A stretch of DNA of 64,000 bases from Alphaproteobacteria bacterium. GTDB taxonomy: Bacteria; Pseudomonadota; Alphaproteobacteria; SHVV01. Position 1 is the first letter of the stretch. Each line of letters starts with the position of its first letter. This document shows, piece by piece, positions 53,338 to 62,720 of this stretch. Made by a program: the position numbers and the translations under genes. The stretch lies in NCBI GenBank assembly GCA_965261735.1, contig OZ253470.1:2912001-2976000 (forward strand), written 5' to 3'. The notes beneath the pieces are model-generated. The model worked only from the letters and a program-made list of their open reading frames with translations. It was not told the origin of the DNA and did not search any database.

Positions 53338-54275
53338 GGTGCGGCCGACATCCGTCCCAGCGTCCCGACCTCGGGCATGACCTCGGCGATGAGCAACTTC
53401 GTTTGCGCGATCACGTCGTCGTCGCTATCGCCCATGGGCCGCAGCACGAACTTGCTCGCCCCGGCGGCGACGTACTCGCCGAGCCGGCCCACGATGTCGC
53501 CGGCGTCCCCGACCGCGAAGCTCGGCCGCGCATCGCGCCCCGTGCGTTTGGCAAAGGCGGCGATGCTCTTTTCGACGGCGCCGTCGCCCCAGCCGCCGAA
53601 GCGAAAGCCGAACCCGGCGCCGTAGTGGTCGTCGTCGATGCGGCGCCCGAGCTCGGCGGCCGCCACCTTGATTCCGGCAATGACGGGCGCAACCTGCTGC
53701 GGGGTTTCGATGCCGCTGAGCCAGCCGGTGCCGACCCGCGCGGTGCGCCTGATCGCGGCGGCGCTCGACCCGCCGATCCACAGCGGCAGACGCTTCTGCA
53801 CCGGGCGCGGCGCGATCGCGGCACCCGTGTAGTGGAAGTGCTCGCCATGGTAGTCGAGGTGCTCCTGCGACCAGAGCCGCGAGATGATGTCGAGGGCCTC
53901 GTCGGTACGGGCCCCGCGGCCACCGGCGCCACGGTGAATGGTCTGCCACTCCGGTCCCGGCGCCCGGCCGATGCCGAAGGCCGGTAGCAGGCGTCCTGCG
54001 CTGAGGACGTCGATGGTGGCGCACTGCTTGGCGAGCAGCAGCGGATCGCGCAGCCCGGCGGAGGCAACGTTCATTCCGAACTTGAGCCGCTGGGTCGCGC
54101 CCGCGAGCGCCGCCATTACGCTCATGCATTCGAGGAACGGCTCGGTCGAGACCAGTCGGTCGGTTTGCCAGATCGAGTCGACGCCCTCCGCCTCGCACAG
54201 CTCGACCCAGCGCCAGAAGCCGCGCGCCCCCGAGAAGGGGAACTCGGCGATGCCGAGGCCGATCCCAATTGTCAT
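53334..54275 (-). CDS. LLM-class flavin-dependent oxidoreductase
   Basis: LAGATQRLKFG, RDPLLLAKQ.ATIDVLS.GRL, PLWIGG. Confidence 0.9.
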   Translation of the reverse strand: MTIGIGLGIAEFPFSGARGFWRWVELCEAEGVDSIWQTDRLVSTEPFLECMSVMAALAGATQRLKFGMNVASAGLRDPLLLAKQCATIDVLSAGRLLPAFGIGRAPGPEWQTIHRGAGGRGARTDEALDIISRLWSQEHLDYHGEHFHYTGAAIAPRPVQKRLPLWIGGSSAAAIRRTARVGTGWLSGIETPQQVAPVIAGIKVAAAELGRRIDDDHYGAGFGFRFGGWGDGAVEKSIAAFAKRTGRDARPSFAVGDAGDIVGRLGEYVAAGASKFVLRPMGDSDDDVIAQTKLLIAEVMPEVGTLGRMSAAP

Positions 54276-54349
54276 GTGGTCCTCCTCGCGCGCTCGAGTG
54301 CCCGGCCGGCCCGGCGGTCCGGGAGCCGGCGCGGCTCAAGCTTGCGATC

Positions 54350-55240
54350 TTACGCGACGGCGCGGTTGGTTGCTTCGCTGGCGCGCGGCCAAAGGCGCGG
54401 GAAGATATGGTGATGCGGGTCGTCGGGAAAGGGATCGCCCGCTTCGAGGCCCGGATCGACGATCGGCCGTACGCTGTTCTTGTTCTTGCGCACCGCATAG
54501 GTGGCGTCGCCGCCCGCGAACCGGTAGCCGAACGCGCGGCGCCGCCGCGCAGTCGCGTTGCCCGGACCGCCATGCGAGATCATCGGATGATGTATCGTGA
54601 AATCGCCGGGCGCCATGCTGTAGGTGAGGATGTCGTAGGCCTTCTTGTTGCCGCCGATGTCCGGCATGGGCTCGAGCTCGACCGCGCCCTGTTCAGGGGT
54701 GAAGTGCCGGTAGTGTGAGTGCTTGTAGGGATCGCCGGAAAAGAGGGGCTCGTACCACGTCGTCCATTTATGCGATCCGCGCACGAACTCGACCGCGCCG
54801 CTCTCCGGGGTAACCTTGTCGAGGGCGATCCATATGCTGCAGTTCTGCCAGCCGTCGATCGGGCTGCCCGGTTGGTCCTGGTGCCAGCGCGTCGGCGAGG
54901 CCGTGTGTGGTTCCTTGACCAGCATGAAGTCGAAGGCGAGGTTGACGCGCCGCGAGCGCATGAACGATGCCGCGAGTTCGGCCACTGGAGAGTCGAAGGC
55001 AAAGGTGCGGAAGTCCTCGCTCACGGTCCACAGATAGTTGTCGAAGGCATGGCGGCCCGGAATATCGGGCGTGTTGAGGTTCATGCCGACTGCGGTCGGA
55101 TGGGCCAGCATGTAGTCGACGGCGGTGCGCATAAACGCGATCCAGGCGTCGTCGAACATGCCGCGCACGCACACCACGCCGTCCGCCTCGAACGCGCGCA
55201 GCTCGTCGTCCGTGACCGCCCGGAGCGGCCGCCGGTTCAT
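54350..55240 (-). CDS. PhyH-family Fe(II)/2-oxoglutarate dioxygenase
   Basis: WHQD, WIALD, VRGSH, H...SHG. Confidence 0.9.
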   Translation of the reverse strand: MNRRPLRAVTDDELRAFEADGVVCVRGMFDDAWIAFMRTAVDYMLAHPTAVGMNLNTPDIPGRHAFDNYLWTVSEDFRTFAFDSPVAELAASFMRSRRVNLAFDFMLVKEPHTASPTRWHQDQPGSPIDGWQNCSIWIALDKVTPESGAVEFVRGSHKWTTWYEPLFSGDPYKHSHYRHFTPEQGAVELEPMPDIGGNKKAYDILTYSMAPGDFTIHHPMISHGGPGNATARRRRAFGYRFAGGDATYAVRKNKNSVRPIVDPGLEAGDPFPDDPHHHIFPRLWPRASEATNRAVA

Positions 55241-55244
55241 GGTC

Positions 55245-55928
55245 CTAGCCACCCACCATCGCGTGCGCCGCCTCCAGCACCTCGTCGTCGCTCGGATGCT
55301 TGCCATACTCGCTCGGGTCGCTCAGGGCCTCGACGAAGAGCCAGCGCACGATGCCGCCGCGATCGATCAGGAAGTAGCTGACCAGCGGCGACAGGTCGGC
55401 CGGCGGACCCGCCTCATCGGTGGACACAGGTTCGAATCCGTCGATCTCGTCGAGCGCGTTGCTCGCCTCGATGACCGGAAGCGCCTCGGGCAGCTCGCCG
55501 GTGGGGTTGAGCCGAATGTTCACCAGGTCTTTCGGGTTCAAACAGGTCGGCCAGTTCGTGGGCTCATCCCGCGTCACGCGGTAAATCGGAACGCCGTAGG
55601 CACGGTGGCTGACGAGCTGCGGGTCGGAGGCGAGAGGTAACCCCGGCGGCCGGTAGCGCGAGTACAGGCGCGCCTGCTTCAGCGGCGTCGTCGTGACTCC
55701 CAAATAGTCGACGCCGACGTCCGCCAGCTTGTCGGCGGTGCCTTTGGCGCTGGCGATCAGGCGCCGGCAAAAGGGACAACTGAAGGAGCGCAGAAGGCAC
55801 AGCAGCAGCGGCGTCCTGCCGGTGTAGGCCTGGAGCGTCGCCCGTCCGTCCCCACTCACGGCGGGTAGGTCGAAATCCGGCGCCGGCTGACCCGCTTGCA
55901 CCAACGCGTTCGTATATTGCGTGTCCAT
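55245..55928 (-). CDS. AhpC/TSA peroxiredoxin-like redoxin
   Basis: GQPAPDF.LP, CPFC, FLIDRGGIVRW. Confidence 0.8.
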   Translation of the reverse strand: MDTQYTNALVQAGQPAPDFDLPAVSGDGRATLQAYTGRTPLLLCLLRSFSCPFCRRLIASAKGTADKLADVGVDYLGVTTTPLKQARLYSRYRPPGLPLASDPQLVSHRAYGVPIYRVTRDEPTNWPTCLNPKDLVNIRLNPTGELPEALPVIEASNALDEIDGFEPVSTDEAGPPADLSPLVSYFLIDRGGIVRWLFVEALSDPSEYGKHPSDDEVLEAAHAMVGG

Positions 55929-56125
55929 ACTATGTCTCGATTTCCGGGCCTAGTCGATCGAGGCAGTCTGCTCCCTTTGACTTGCCGAGGCAACCGCGCG
56001 GGGTCGCCACCGAGGCCGCCTTTTGGCGCTATCAGGTCAATCCCGCACCTTGGTCTGGATCAATGCGCGGCGGTGGTTTAACCTCTCCTACTAACAACAC
56101 GATTTGCGTCTATTGGGAGGCACTC

Positions 56126-57262
56126 ATGGCGACGAAGTCCGCGGCCGCGCGCGTCGAGCGATATTCCCCCGATCCCGATCACGCTCTCACCCTTCCGTCG
56201 CACTATTACTTCGACAAGGACATCTACGCCCGCGAGCTCGAGGAAGTCTGGTTCAAGACATGGCAGTACATCGGGTTCACGTCCGAGCTGAAGGAGCCTG
56301 GCGACTACATCAGCACCTTCATCGTCGACCAGCCGGTGTTCGTCGTGCGCAACAAGGACGGGGACTTGCGCGCCTTCTACAACGTATGCATGCACCGCGG
56401 GCACATCCTGGTCGAGGGCAAGGGCAATACGCGCATGGTCACCTGCCCCTTCCACGCCTGGACCTACGATCTCGAAGGCAACCTCAAGGCCGCCGGCAAC
56501 GCGGAGAACGTGGCCGGGTTCCGGCACGAGGACTTCTGCCTGCCGCAGATCCAGGTCGGCGTGACCGCCGGCATGGTGTTCGTCAACCTTGACGAGGCGG
56601 CAGCGCCCCTCGAGGAGTACCTCGCCGGCTTCGAGGCCGACGTCCGCGCCAAGGTGCCGCGCTTCGACGAACTCAAGGTCGCGCGCCGGGACGACTACGT
56701 CATGGACTTCAACTGGAAGTTTGTGATGGACCAAAACGAGTGCTACCACTGCCCTCACCTCCACCCAGGCGTGATGTCGGGCGACGATGCCTACCTCGAG
56801 CCGAGCTTTGACATCACCATGTACGACCACTGGGACTCGGTCGTGGTCAGCGCCGAGGGCGATGTCGAGAGCCCCTACGGCGCCGGCAAGGACGACGAGG
56901 TCCGCGACGTCTATATCTGGACGGTGTTCCCCAACCTGATCATCTCGACCCACCAGGGGCCGTCGAACTTCAAGGTCCAGCGCGTGTGGCCTACGGGGGC
57001 GGAGACGGCGGCCGGGACCATGGACAATCTGTGCATCAACGATCCGCCCACCGAGATGGACATCAAGCAGTTCAACTACTTCCGCGATCGCGTCTGGGCC
57101 GAGGACAGTCCGGCCATGACCAAGCAGCAGCTCGGCATGAAATCCCTCGGCTACACCCAGGGCCGCCTGATGGTCGATCCGGAACGCTCGTGGAAGAGCG
57201 AGCACGCGGTGCACCATTTCGACAAGCAGGTATGGGAGGCGCTGAACGGCCCCAACTATTAG
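56126..57262 (+). CDS. Rieske non-heme iron oxygenase alpha subunit (choline/carnitine monooxygenase-like group)
   Basis: NVCMHRG...CPFHAW, NWK...NECYHCPHLH, ED. Confidence 0.9.
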   Translation: MATKSAAARVERYSPDPDHALTLPSHYYFDKDIYARELEEVWFKTWQYIGFTSELKEPGDYISTFIVDQPVFVVRNKDGDLRAFYNVCMHRGHILVEGKGNTRMVTCPFHAWTYDLEGNLKAAGNAENVAGFRHEDFCLPQIQVGVTAGMVFVNLDEAAAPLEEYLAGFEADVRAKVPRFDELKVARRDDYVMDFNWKFVMDQNECYHCPHLHPGVMSGDDAYLEPSFDITMYDHWDSVVVSAEGDVESPYGAGKDDEVRDVYIWTVFPNLIISTHQGPSNFKVQRVWPTGAETAAGTMDNLCINDPPTEMDIKQFNYFRDRVWAEDSPAMTKQQLGMKSLGYTQGRLMVDPERSWKSEHAVHHFDKQVWEALNGPNY

Positions 57263-57282
57263 AGGCCGCCGCTCCGCAGGAT

Positions 57283-57314
57283 AGAGGGCCGATCCCGCCG
57301 GGGTCGGCCCTTTT
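57283..57314 (+). terminator. Intrinsic terminator
   Basis: gggccgatcc-loop-gggtcggccc followed by tttt. Confidence 0.65.
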
Positions 57315-57338
57315 CGCTGCTAGCCAAGGGAAGAGAGC

Positions 57339-58100
57339 ATGACAAGTCATCGACCATGGATCGGCCTCGTGACTTTGGCCGGCGCCTTCCTCCTGCCGCT
57401 CCCGGCGCAGGCCGCAGGAGACGGCGTGCACTGGGGCTACACGGGCCACGAGGGGCCGGCCCACTGGGGCGAGTTGTCGCCCGACTACGCGCTGTGCAAA
57501 GACGGCCGCATGCAGTCGCCGGTGGATTTGGCCTCGGCGACGACGCGGGCGGACGTGCGCGTCAACATCGCCTACCGGCCGGTGCCGCTCACCGCGCTCC
57601 ACAATGGCCACACGGTTCAATTCAACGTCGACAACGGCAGCGCCATCACCCTCCACGGCAAGTCTTTCAAGTTGCTGCAGGTTCATTTCCACACACCGAG
57701 CGAGCACACCGTCGCGGGCAAGGCGCATGCGCTCGAGGCCCACTTCGTTCACGCGGCCGGCGACGGCGCACTCGCCGTCATCGGCGTGTTCTTTGGCGCA
57801 GGCGGGAAAAACGCGGCACTCACCGGCCTGATCAGGCACGTGCCCATGGAGGCAGCGAAACCGAGGTCCGTCGCCGGGGTCACGATGAACCCGCGGGCCA
57901 TCCTTCCGCGGGCGCCGCAGTTTTATCGCTACATGGGTTCGCTCACCACGCCGCCCTGCAGCGAGGGCGTGAACTGGCTCGTGGTCGAGGCTCTCGCCAA
58001 CGCGTCCGCGGCCCAGATCGCCGCCCTGCGCCAGGCCATGGGCGCCAATGCCCGCCCGTCGCAACCGGCCAACAACCGCCTCCTCATCGAGCCCAACTGA
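57339..58100 (+). CDS. cah: Periplasmic alpha-carbonic anhydrase
   Basis: HWGY.G..GP.HW, QSPV, QVHFHTPSEH, EAHFVH, GSLTTPPCSE. Confidence 0.95.
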   Translation: MTSHRPWIGLVTLAGAFLLPLPAQAAGDGVHWGYTGHEGPAHWGELSPDYALCKDGRMQSPVDLASATTRADVRVNIAYRPVPLTALHNGHTVQFNVDNGSAITLHGKSFKLLQVHFHTPSEHTVAGKAHALEAHFVHAAGDGALAVIGVFFGAGGKNAALTGLIRHVPMEAAKPRSVAGVTMNPRAILPRAPQFYRYMGSLTTPPCSEGVNWLVVEALANASAAQIAALRQAMGANARPSQPANNRLLIEPN

Positions 58101-58214
58101 AACGGGCCGGCCCTCGATGCGGCCCGCCGCGGCGACATCTCGCGCTTGCACCTGGCCGCGGCACACGCTCTAGTTGGCTGGGGTCCCTGGGGAGTTGGAG
58201 AGGAGAGTGCGCAC

Positions 58215-58505
58215 ATGACGGCGATCGTGACGGCCCACGTCAAGCTCAAGGACCGGGACAAGCTCCAGGAATATGCCAGCCAGGCCGGCGCCACCCTCGA
58301 GCCCTTCGGCGGCAAGTTCCTGTTGCGCGCGGACAAGAGCGGCGCGGAGCTCGCCGGCACCTACCCGGACGACTTCATGGTCATGCTCGAGTTCCCGGAT
58401 GCCGACGCCGCGCGCGGCTGGTACGGCTCCGAGGCCTACCAGGCCTTGATCCCGGTGCGCGAGCAGGCGGCGGACATGACCTTCGTCGTCCTCGAGCGCC
58501 AGTAG
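58215..58505 (+). CDS. DUF1330 domain protein
   Basis: QEY...FGGKFL.R...LEFPD..AAR.WYGSEAYQ.L. Confidence 0.85.
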   Translation: MTAIVTAHVKLKDRDKLQEYASQAGATLEPFGGKFLLRADKSGAELAGTYPDDFMVMLEFPDADAARGWYGSEAYQALIPVREQAADMTFVVLERQ

Positions 58506-58589
58506 CCGCCGGCGGCGAATCTGGCCTCTGTCGGGCGGCGACTCGACGACGGCGCCGCGCGTTCACCCGCGCCGAGCTTCCAGCACGAT

Positions 58590-59003
58590 ATGAAGCGTCG
58601 GTGTGTATCCGCCGCACTTTGCGCGGCCCTCTTGATGATACCGGCGCTCGATTCGTGGTCAGCGCACGCCGGGTCCGCGTCGCTCCACCCCTATGACGGA
58701 ACGTGGCGGGTCCTACTGAGACCCGAGAGCATCGATCCCGACTGCGTCGCGCTGGAGCTCGCGGCCACCCTGAGGGTTGAGGGCAGCGAGGTCAGCGGGC
58801 TCTTCAACCATGCGTCCACGGGGGTGTACGAAGTCCATGGCGAGATCATGAGCCACGGTGCATCGCTCATCGTCGCTTACGGAGTTGATACGAATAACTT
58901 CACCGGGCTGTTTCAGGACGACCAAGGGTCGGGCCGCTGGAAGAGCCGCATCTTTTTCTGCAAGGGCTCGTGGGTCGCCGAGCGCGAGAGCGTCGGGCAA
59001 TAG
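58590..59003 (+). CDS. Secreted hypothetical beta-rich protein
   Basis: Signal peptide, YDGTW...C.G.W.A.R. Confidence 0.55.
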   Translation: MKRRCVSAALCAALLMIPALDSWSAHAGSASLHPYDGTWRVLLRPESIDPDCVALELAATLRVEGSEVSGLFNHASTGVYEVHGEIMSHGASLIVAYGVDTNNFTGLFQDDQGSGRWKSRIFFCKGSWVAERESVGQ

Positions 59004-59307
59004 GGCGTCGGGAGCGCGCCAGGCCTTATCGTAGGGTCATGGGGATCGTTGATAGGCACCGGTGCTGCCGCTGAGGTGGCCCGGAGACGTGGCATTCGAC
59101 GTTCGACATCGAGTTCGAGTGCATCGCGATCGGCTGAGCGAGCCCGGCGCTGCCCGCCCCCGGGCCATGAAACAGGGGAGCCCGCGTCGAAGAACGGTGT
59201 GCTGTTGTCGCGGCGGGACCTTGCCCCTACACTCGCCCCGAGCCGGCGAGAGGGCCTCCGGGTGGGCCTGGCCGGGCCCTATGACCGCCCCGCGAGGAGA
59301 TAGCGAA

Positions 59308-59997
59308 ATGGTCAACAAGTCGCGGTTCAGGCAGGAATTAGAGGAGGCGGTCGGCGAGCGCCATCTCGTCAACCATCCACTCTATAAGAATTGGCGGGAG
59401 GGTGAGCTCAGCCGCCAGGGCATGATGGGTATGATGCTGGAGAGCTGGTTCTGGATCAGCCGGCTCGTGCCCAAGGGCAACTTCCTGATCGCCTCGAAGG
59501 CGCCCCAGGACGTGATCGACATGGAGCTCGAAAACGTCGGCGAGGAGCTCGATCCGAAGAATCCGCACCCGGCGCTGTTCCTGCGTTTCATCAAGGCGTG
59601 CGGCTTCGATCCCGACGCGTTGACCGAGGGCCGCGGACTACCCTCGACGGAGTGGTGGTGCAACTGGCAGCTTGCAGTCGCCGAGCACGAGCCCTGGCAG
59701 GCGGGGGTCGCCGCCATGCACGTCGGCAGCGAGTTCCAAGCCGCCGGCACGATGACGAGCGTGCTCGCGGCGCTCCGCGAGGAGTACAAGTTTTCCGAGC
59801 ATGACATCGAGCATTTCTGGATCCACGGCGAAGCCGACGTGAGGCACAGCGCGTCGGCATTCGAGGTCCTGGAACGCCATTGCACGACGCGCGAACTCAA
59901 GGACCTCGCCGCCCGCCACGTTCGCGACAGCGCCCGCTTCAAGTGGTTCTTCACCGACTGCATCTATCTCCACTACGAAAAAGGCGAGCTCAACTGA
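59308..59997 (+). CDS. Heme-oxygenase-like diiron enzyme (TenA/PqqC/CADD family)
   Basis: NHPLY..W..G.L, EN..EE....HPALF, HVGSE, FWIHGEADVRH. Confidence 0.8.
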   Translation: MVNKSRFRQELEEAVGERHLVNHPLYKNWREGELSRQGMMGMMLESWFWISRLVPKGNFLIASKAPQDVIDMELENVGEELDPKNPHPALFLRFIKACGFDPDALTEGRGLPSTEWWCNWQLAVAEHEPWQAGVAAMHVGSEFQAAGTMTSVLAALREEYKFSEHDIEHFWIHGEADVRHSASAFEVLERHCTTRELKDLAARHVRDSARFKWFFTDCIYLHYEKGELN

Positions 59998-60019
59998 GCG
60001 TCGCCGCGCGGACCCCATC

Positions 60020-60943
60020 ATGCATCAGATGCCGCAACCGAACCCGGTAACGACCAAGCCGAAATTCGCGATGCCGGAAAAGGCCTGCGACACGCAGGTC
60101 CACCTGTTCCACGGCGTCGAGGAGGCCGGTGAGGCCTCCAGCGGGGCGCTGGGTGATGAGTCCGTGCCGGGCCAGCGCGCCTACCTGCCGCCGCACGCGC
60201 CGCTCGAAGCGATGCTAAACATGCACCGCGCGGCAGGCATCGAGCGCGGGGTGTTCGTCCATCCCCTGCTCTACGGCGGCGATCACAGCATCATGCTCGA
60301 TGCCTTGGCGCGTGCGCCCGGCACATACAGGGGCGTCGCGACGGTCGATGACACGACCTCGGATGCCTCCCTCGAGACCTTCCATCGCGCCGGCGTCCGC
60401 GGCGCGCGATTCCATTTTCGCAGGCTTGTGGGGGAAATCCCCGATGCCGCCGTCTTCCAACGGACGATCGCGCGGATTGCCGAACTCGGCTGGCACGCGG
60501 TGCTGCACGTCCAGGGCGACGAGATGGAAGAGTATGTGCCCTTGTTCAAGTCGCTGACGGTGCCCTTCGTCATCGATCACATGGGGCATATTCACTTTTC
60601 CGATGGCCTCGATCAGCACCCCTTCAAGCTGATGCTCGACCTCATGCGCGAGGACAATTGCTGGGTCAAGATCGCGAACGCCGATCGCTTGTCCGAGGTC
60701 GGACCGCCCGGCTACAGCGACGCCGTCCCCTTCATCCGCGCCATCGTCGAGGCTGCGCCCGAGCGCGTGATTTGGGCGACGGACTGGCCCCAGGTGTTTT
60801 ACAAGACGCCGTTCGACCTCACCGACGAGCTACCGGACACGGGCGATCTTCTTAATCTCCTCTACGATGCGGTGCCCGATTCCGTCATCCTGAGAGGGAT
60901 ACTGGTGGACAATCCGGCCCGCCTCTACGGGTTCGACGACTAG
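60020..60943 (+). CDS. Amidohydrolase_2 family (LigI-like lactonase)
   Basis: ACDTQVH, GVRGARF, VIDHMG, WVK, WATDWP, LVDNPARLYGF. Confidence 0.9.
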   Translation: MHQMPQPNPVTTKPKFAMPEKACDTQVHLFHGVEEAGEASSGALGDESVPGQRAYLPPHAPLEAMLNMHRAAGIERGVFVHPLLYGGDHSIMLDALARAPGTYRGVATVDDTTSDASLETFHRAGVRGARFHFRRLVGEIPDAAVFQRTIARIAELGWHAVLHVQGDEMEEYVPLFKSLTVPFVIDHMGHIHFSDGLDQHPFKLMLDLMREDNCWVKIANADRLSEVGPPGYSDAVPFIRAIVEAAPERVIWATDWPQVFYKTPFDLTDELPDTGDLLNLLYDAVPDSVILRGILVDNPARLYGFDD

Positions 60944-61129
60944 GGCGCACGCCCGGGGGGGGGGCGTTTGCAATCCCTACGGGCCGAGCGCATACTTTCG
61001 GCGCGAGGCGGACCGAGACGACCCGACACGCGCCTCGAGGCACGGGAAGAGGCAGCCCTAGCATGTGCCGGGCTGCCGGGAGCAGGTCCCGACGCTGCAG
61101 ACAAATAACTAAATTGGGAGGAGCGCGCA

Positions 61130-62161
61130 ATGTTAGCAAGGCATTGGTATATGGCTGCCGTCTCCGTACTTGCGGTCGCTTTTTTCGGCGCGGCCCAGGC
61201 GGCGGAAACGATCGTCGTGTCGTCCCATTCGCCGGGGACACACTTTCTCACGGCCGAACTCCTCGTACAGTGGGGGAAGGACGTCGAAAAGGCGAGTAAC
61301 GGGAGCTTGAAGGTCAACGTGCTCAAGGCCCCGCTCGGGACCCCCGCGGCGCAGTTCGAGGTTGCGCGCGACGGCGTCGCCGACGTCACGTTCGGCGTCC
61401 CCGGATACACGCCCGGGCGTTTTGTGCTCGCCGAGGTGGCGGGCGTGCCGAACATCGGCAACACGGCGGAGAGCCTGTCCGTCGGATTGTGGCGGACGGT
61501 GCTGAAGTTTCCCCAAATGGAGGCCGAGTTCGAGGGCGTGAAGCTGCTCGGTCTGGCCGCCGTTTCGCCGCGGCAGTTCTGGAATGGAAAGCGCGCCATC
61601 AACTCCCTCGACGACTTCAAGGGCCTCAAGATCCGCGTCTCGGGCGGATTGGACGGGAAGGTCGCCAAGGCCATAGGCGTCACCACTATCCTGCAGCCGG
61701 CCGGCAAGGTGTATGAGCTCCTTTCCAACGGCGTTATCGATGGCGTCGTCTTCCCCAAGGAGACGATGAAGAGCATGAAGCTCGAGCGGTTCATCAAATT
61801 CGGCACGCTGGTGCCGGGTGGCCTGTCGGGCGCCCCGATGTTCCTGGTCATGAATCAGAAGCGTTTCGACGGCCTGTCGAAAGCGGACCAGGGCGCCATC
61901 ATGAGCGCCTCGGGCGAGCACTTCTCCAAGCTCAACGGCCCCCTGTGGGATACGCGCGACCAGGCCGGGGTCGATCACCTGCTCGCCCACGGCGCCAAGA
62001 TCGCGACCGCGAGTCCGGCGCTCGTCAAGCAGATCAAGGCGGTGACGCAGGGCGTGGTCGACGGTTGGATCGCGGAAGCGAAGTCCAAGCGCGGCGTTGA
62101 CGGTGCGGCCCTCCTGCGCGTGTTCCGCGAGGAGGTCGAAAAGTACGAAGCCACCATGTAG
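61130..62161 (+). CDS. dctP: TRAP transporter substrate-binding protein
   Basis: Signal peptide, GYTPGRF, DFKGLKIR, YELL..GVIDG. Confidence 0.9.
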   Translation: MLARHWYMAAVSVLAVAFFGAAQAAETIVVSSHSPGTHFLTAELLVQWGKDVEKASNGSLKVNVLKAPLGTPAAQFEVARDGVADVTFGVPGYTPGRFVLAEVAGVPNIGNTAESLSVGLWRTVLKFPQMEAEFEGVKLLGLAAVSPRQFWNGKRAINSLDDFKGLKIRVSGGLDGKVAKAIGVTTILQPAGKVYELLSNGVIDGVVFPKETMKSMKLERFIKFGTLVPGGLSGAPMFLVMNQKRFDGLSKADQGAIMSASGEHFSKLNGPLWDTRDQAGVDHLLAHGAKIATASPALVKQIKAVTQGVVDGWIAEAKSKRGVDGAALLRVFREEVEKYEATM

Positions 62162-62228
62162 CGGGCCGGCATCGAGGCGCGGGCTCGCTCACTCCGTGAG
62201 CGGCGATCCCGCTGGCGGTGGGCGCGAT

Positions 62229-62720
62229 ATGGAGAGCGACCGGTTGGGCGTGTGGTTGAACCGGTCGCTTGGCGGCCTCGCCGGCGTGCTCCTGTTCGCC
62301 ATCATGGTGCTGACTTTCGTCGACGTCGTGGGGCGCTACCTCTTCAGCGCCCCGCTCCCCGGCGCCTACGAAATCACCGAATTGATGCTGGGATCGCTGA
62401 TCTTCGCGGCCCTGCCGCTGGTCACGGTCCGGGCCGAGCACGTCACGATCGATCTCTTGGACCCCATGGTGCCGCGGCCGTGGCGCGGCCCCCAACGAGT
62501 TGCAGTGAACTTCCTTGCGGTGGTGACGCTGGCCGTGATGTCGGCGGTCGTGTGGGATCAGGCCGAGAAGATCTCGGCCGCCGGCTTGTACACCGAGGCG
62601 CTCGAGATTCCGAGCGCCCCCGTCGCCTACTTCATCAGCGTCATGGCCGGGTTCACCAGCCTGCTCCTTCTGACAACGACCATCCGCAGCCTCTTGAGAC
62701 GGCGAATCGACAAGCCCTGA
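62229..62720 (+). CDS. dctQ: TRAP small permease
   Basis: DVVGRYLF..PL.G..E, EHVTID. Confidence 0.9.
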   Translation: MESDRLGVWLNRSLGGLAGVLLFAIMVLTFVDVVGRYLFSAPLPGAYEITELMLGSLIFAALPLVTVRAEHVTIDLLDPMVPRPWRGPQRVAVNFLAVVTLAVMSAVVWDQAEKISAAGLYTEALEIPSAPVAYFISVMAGFTSLLLLTTTIRSLLRRRIDKP

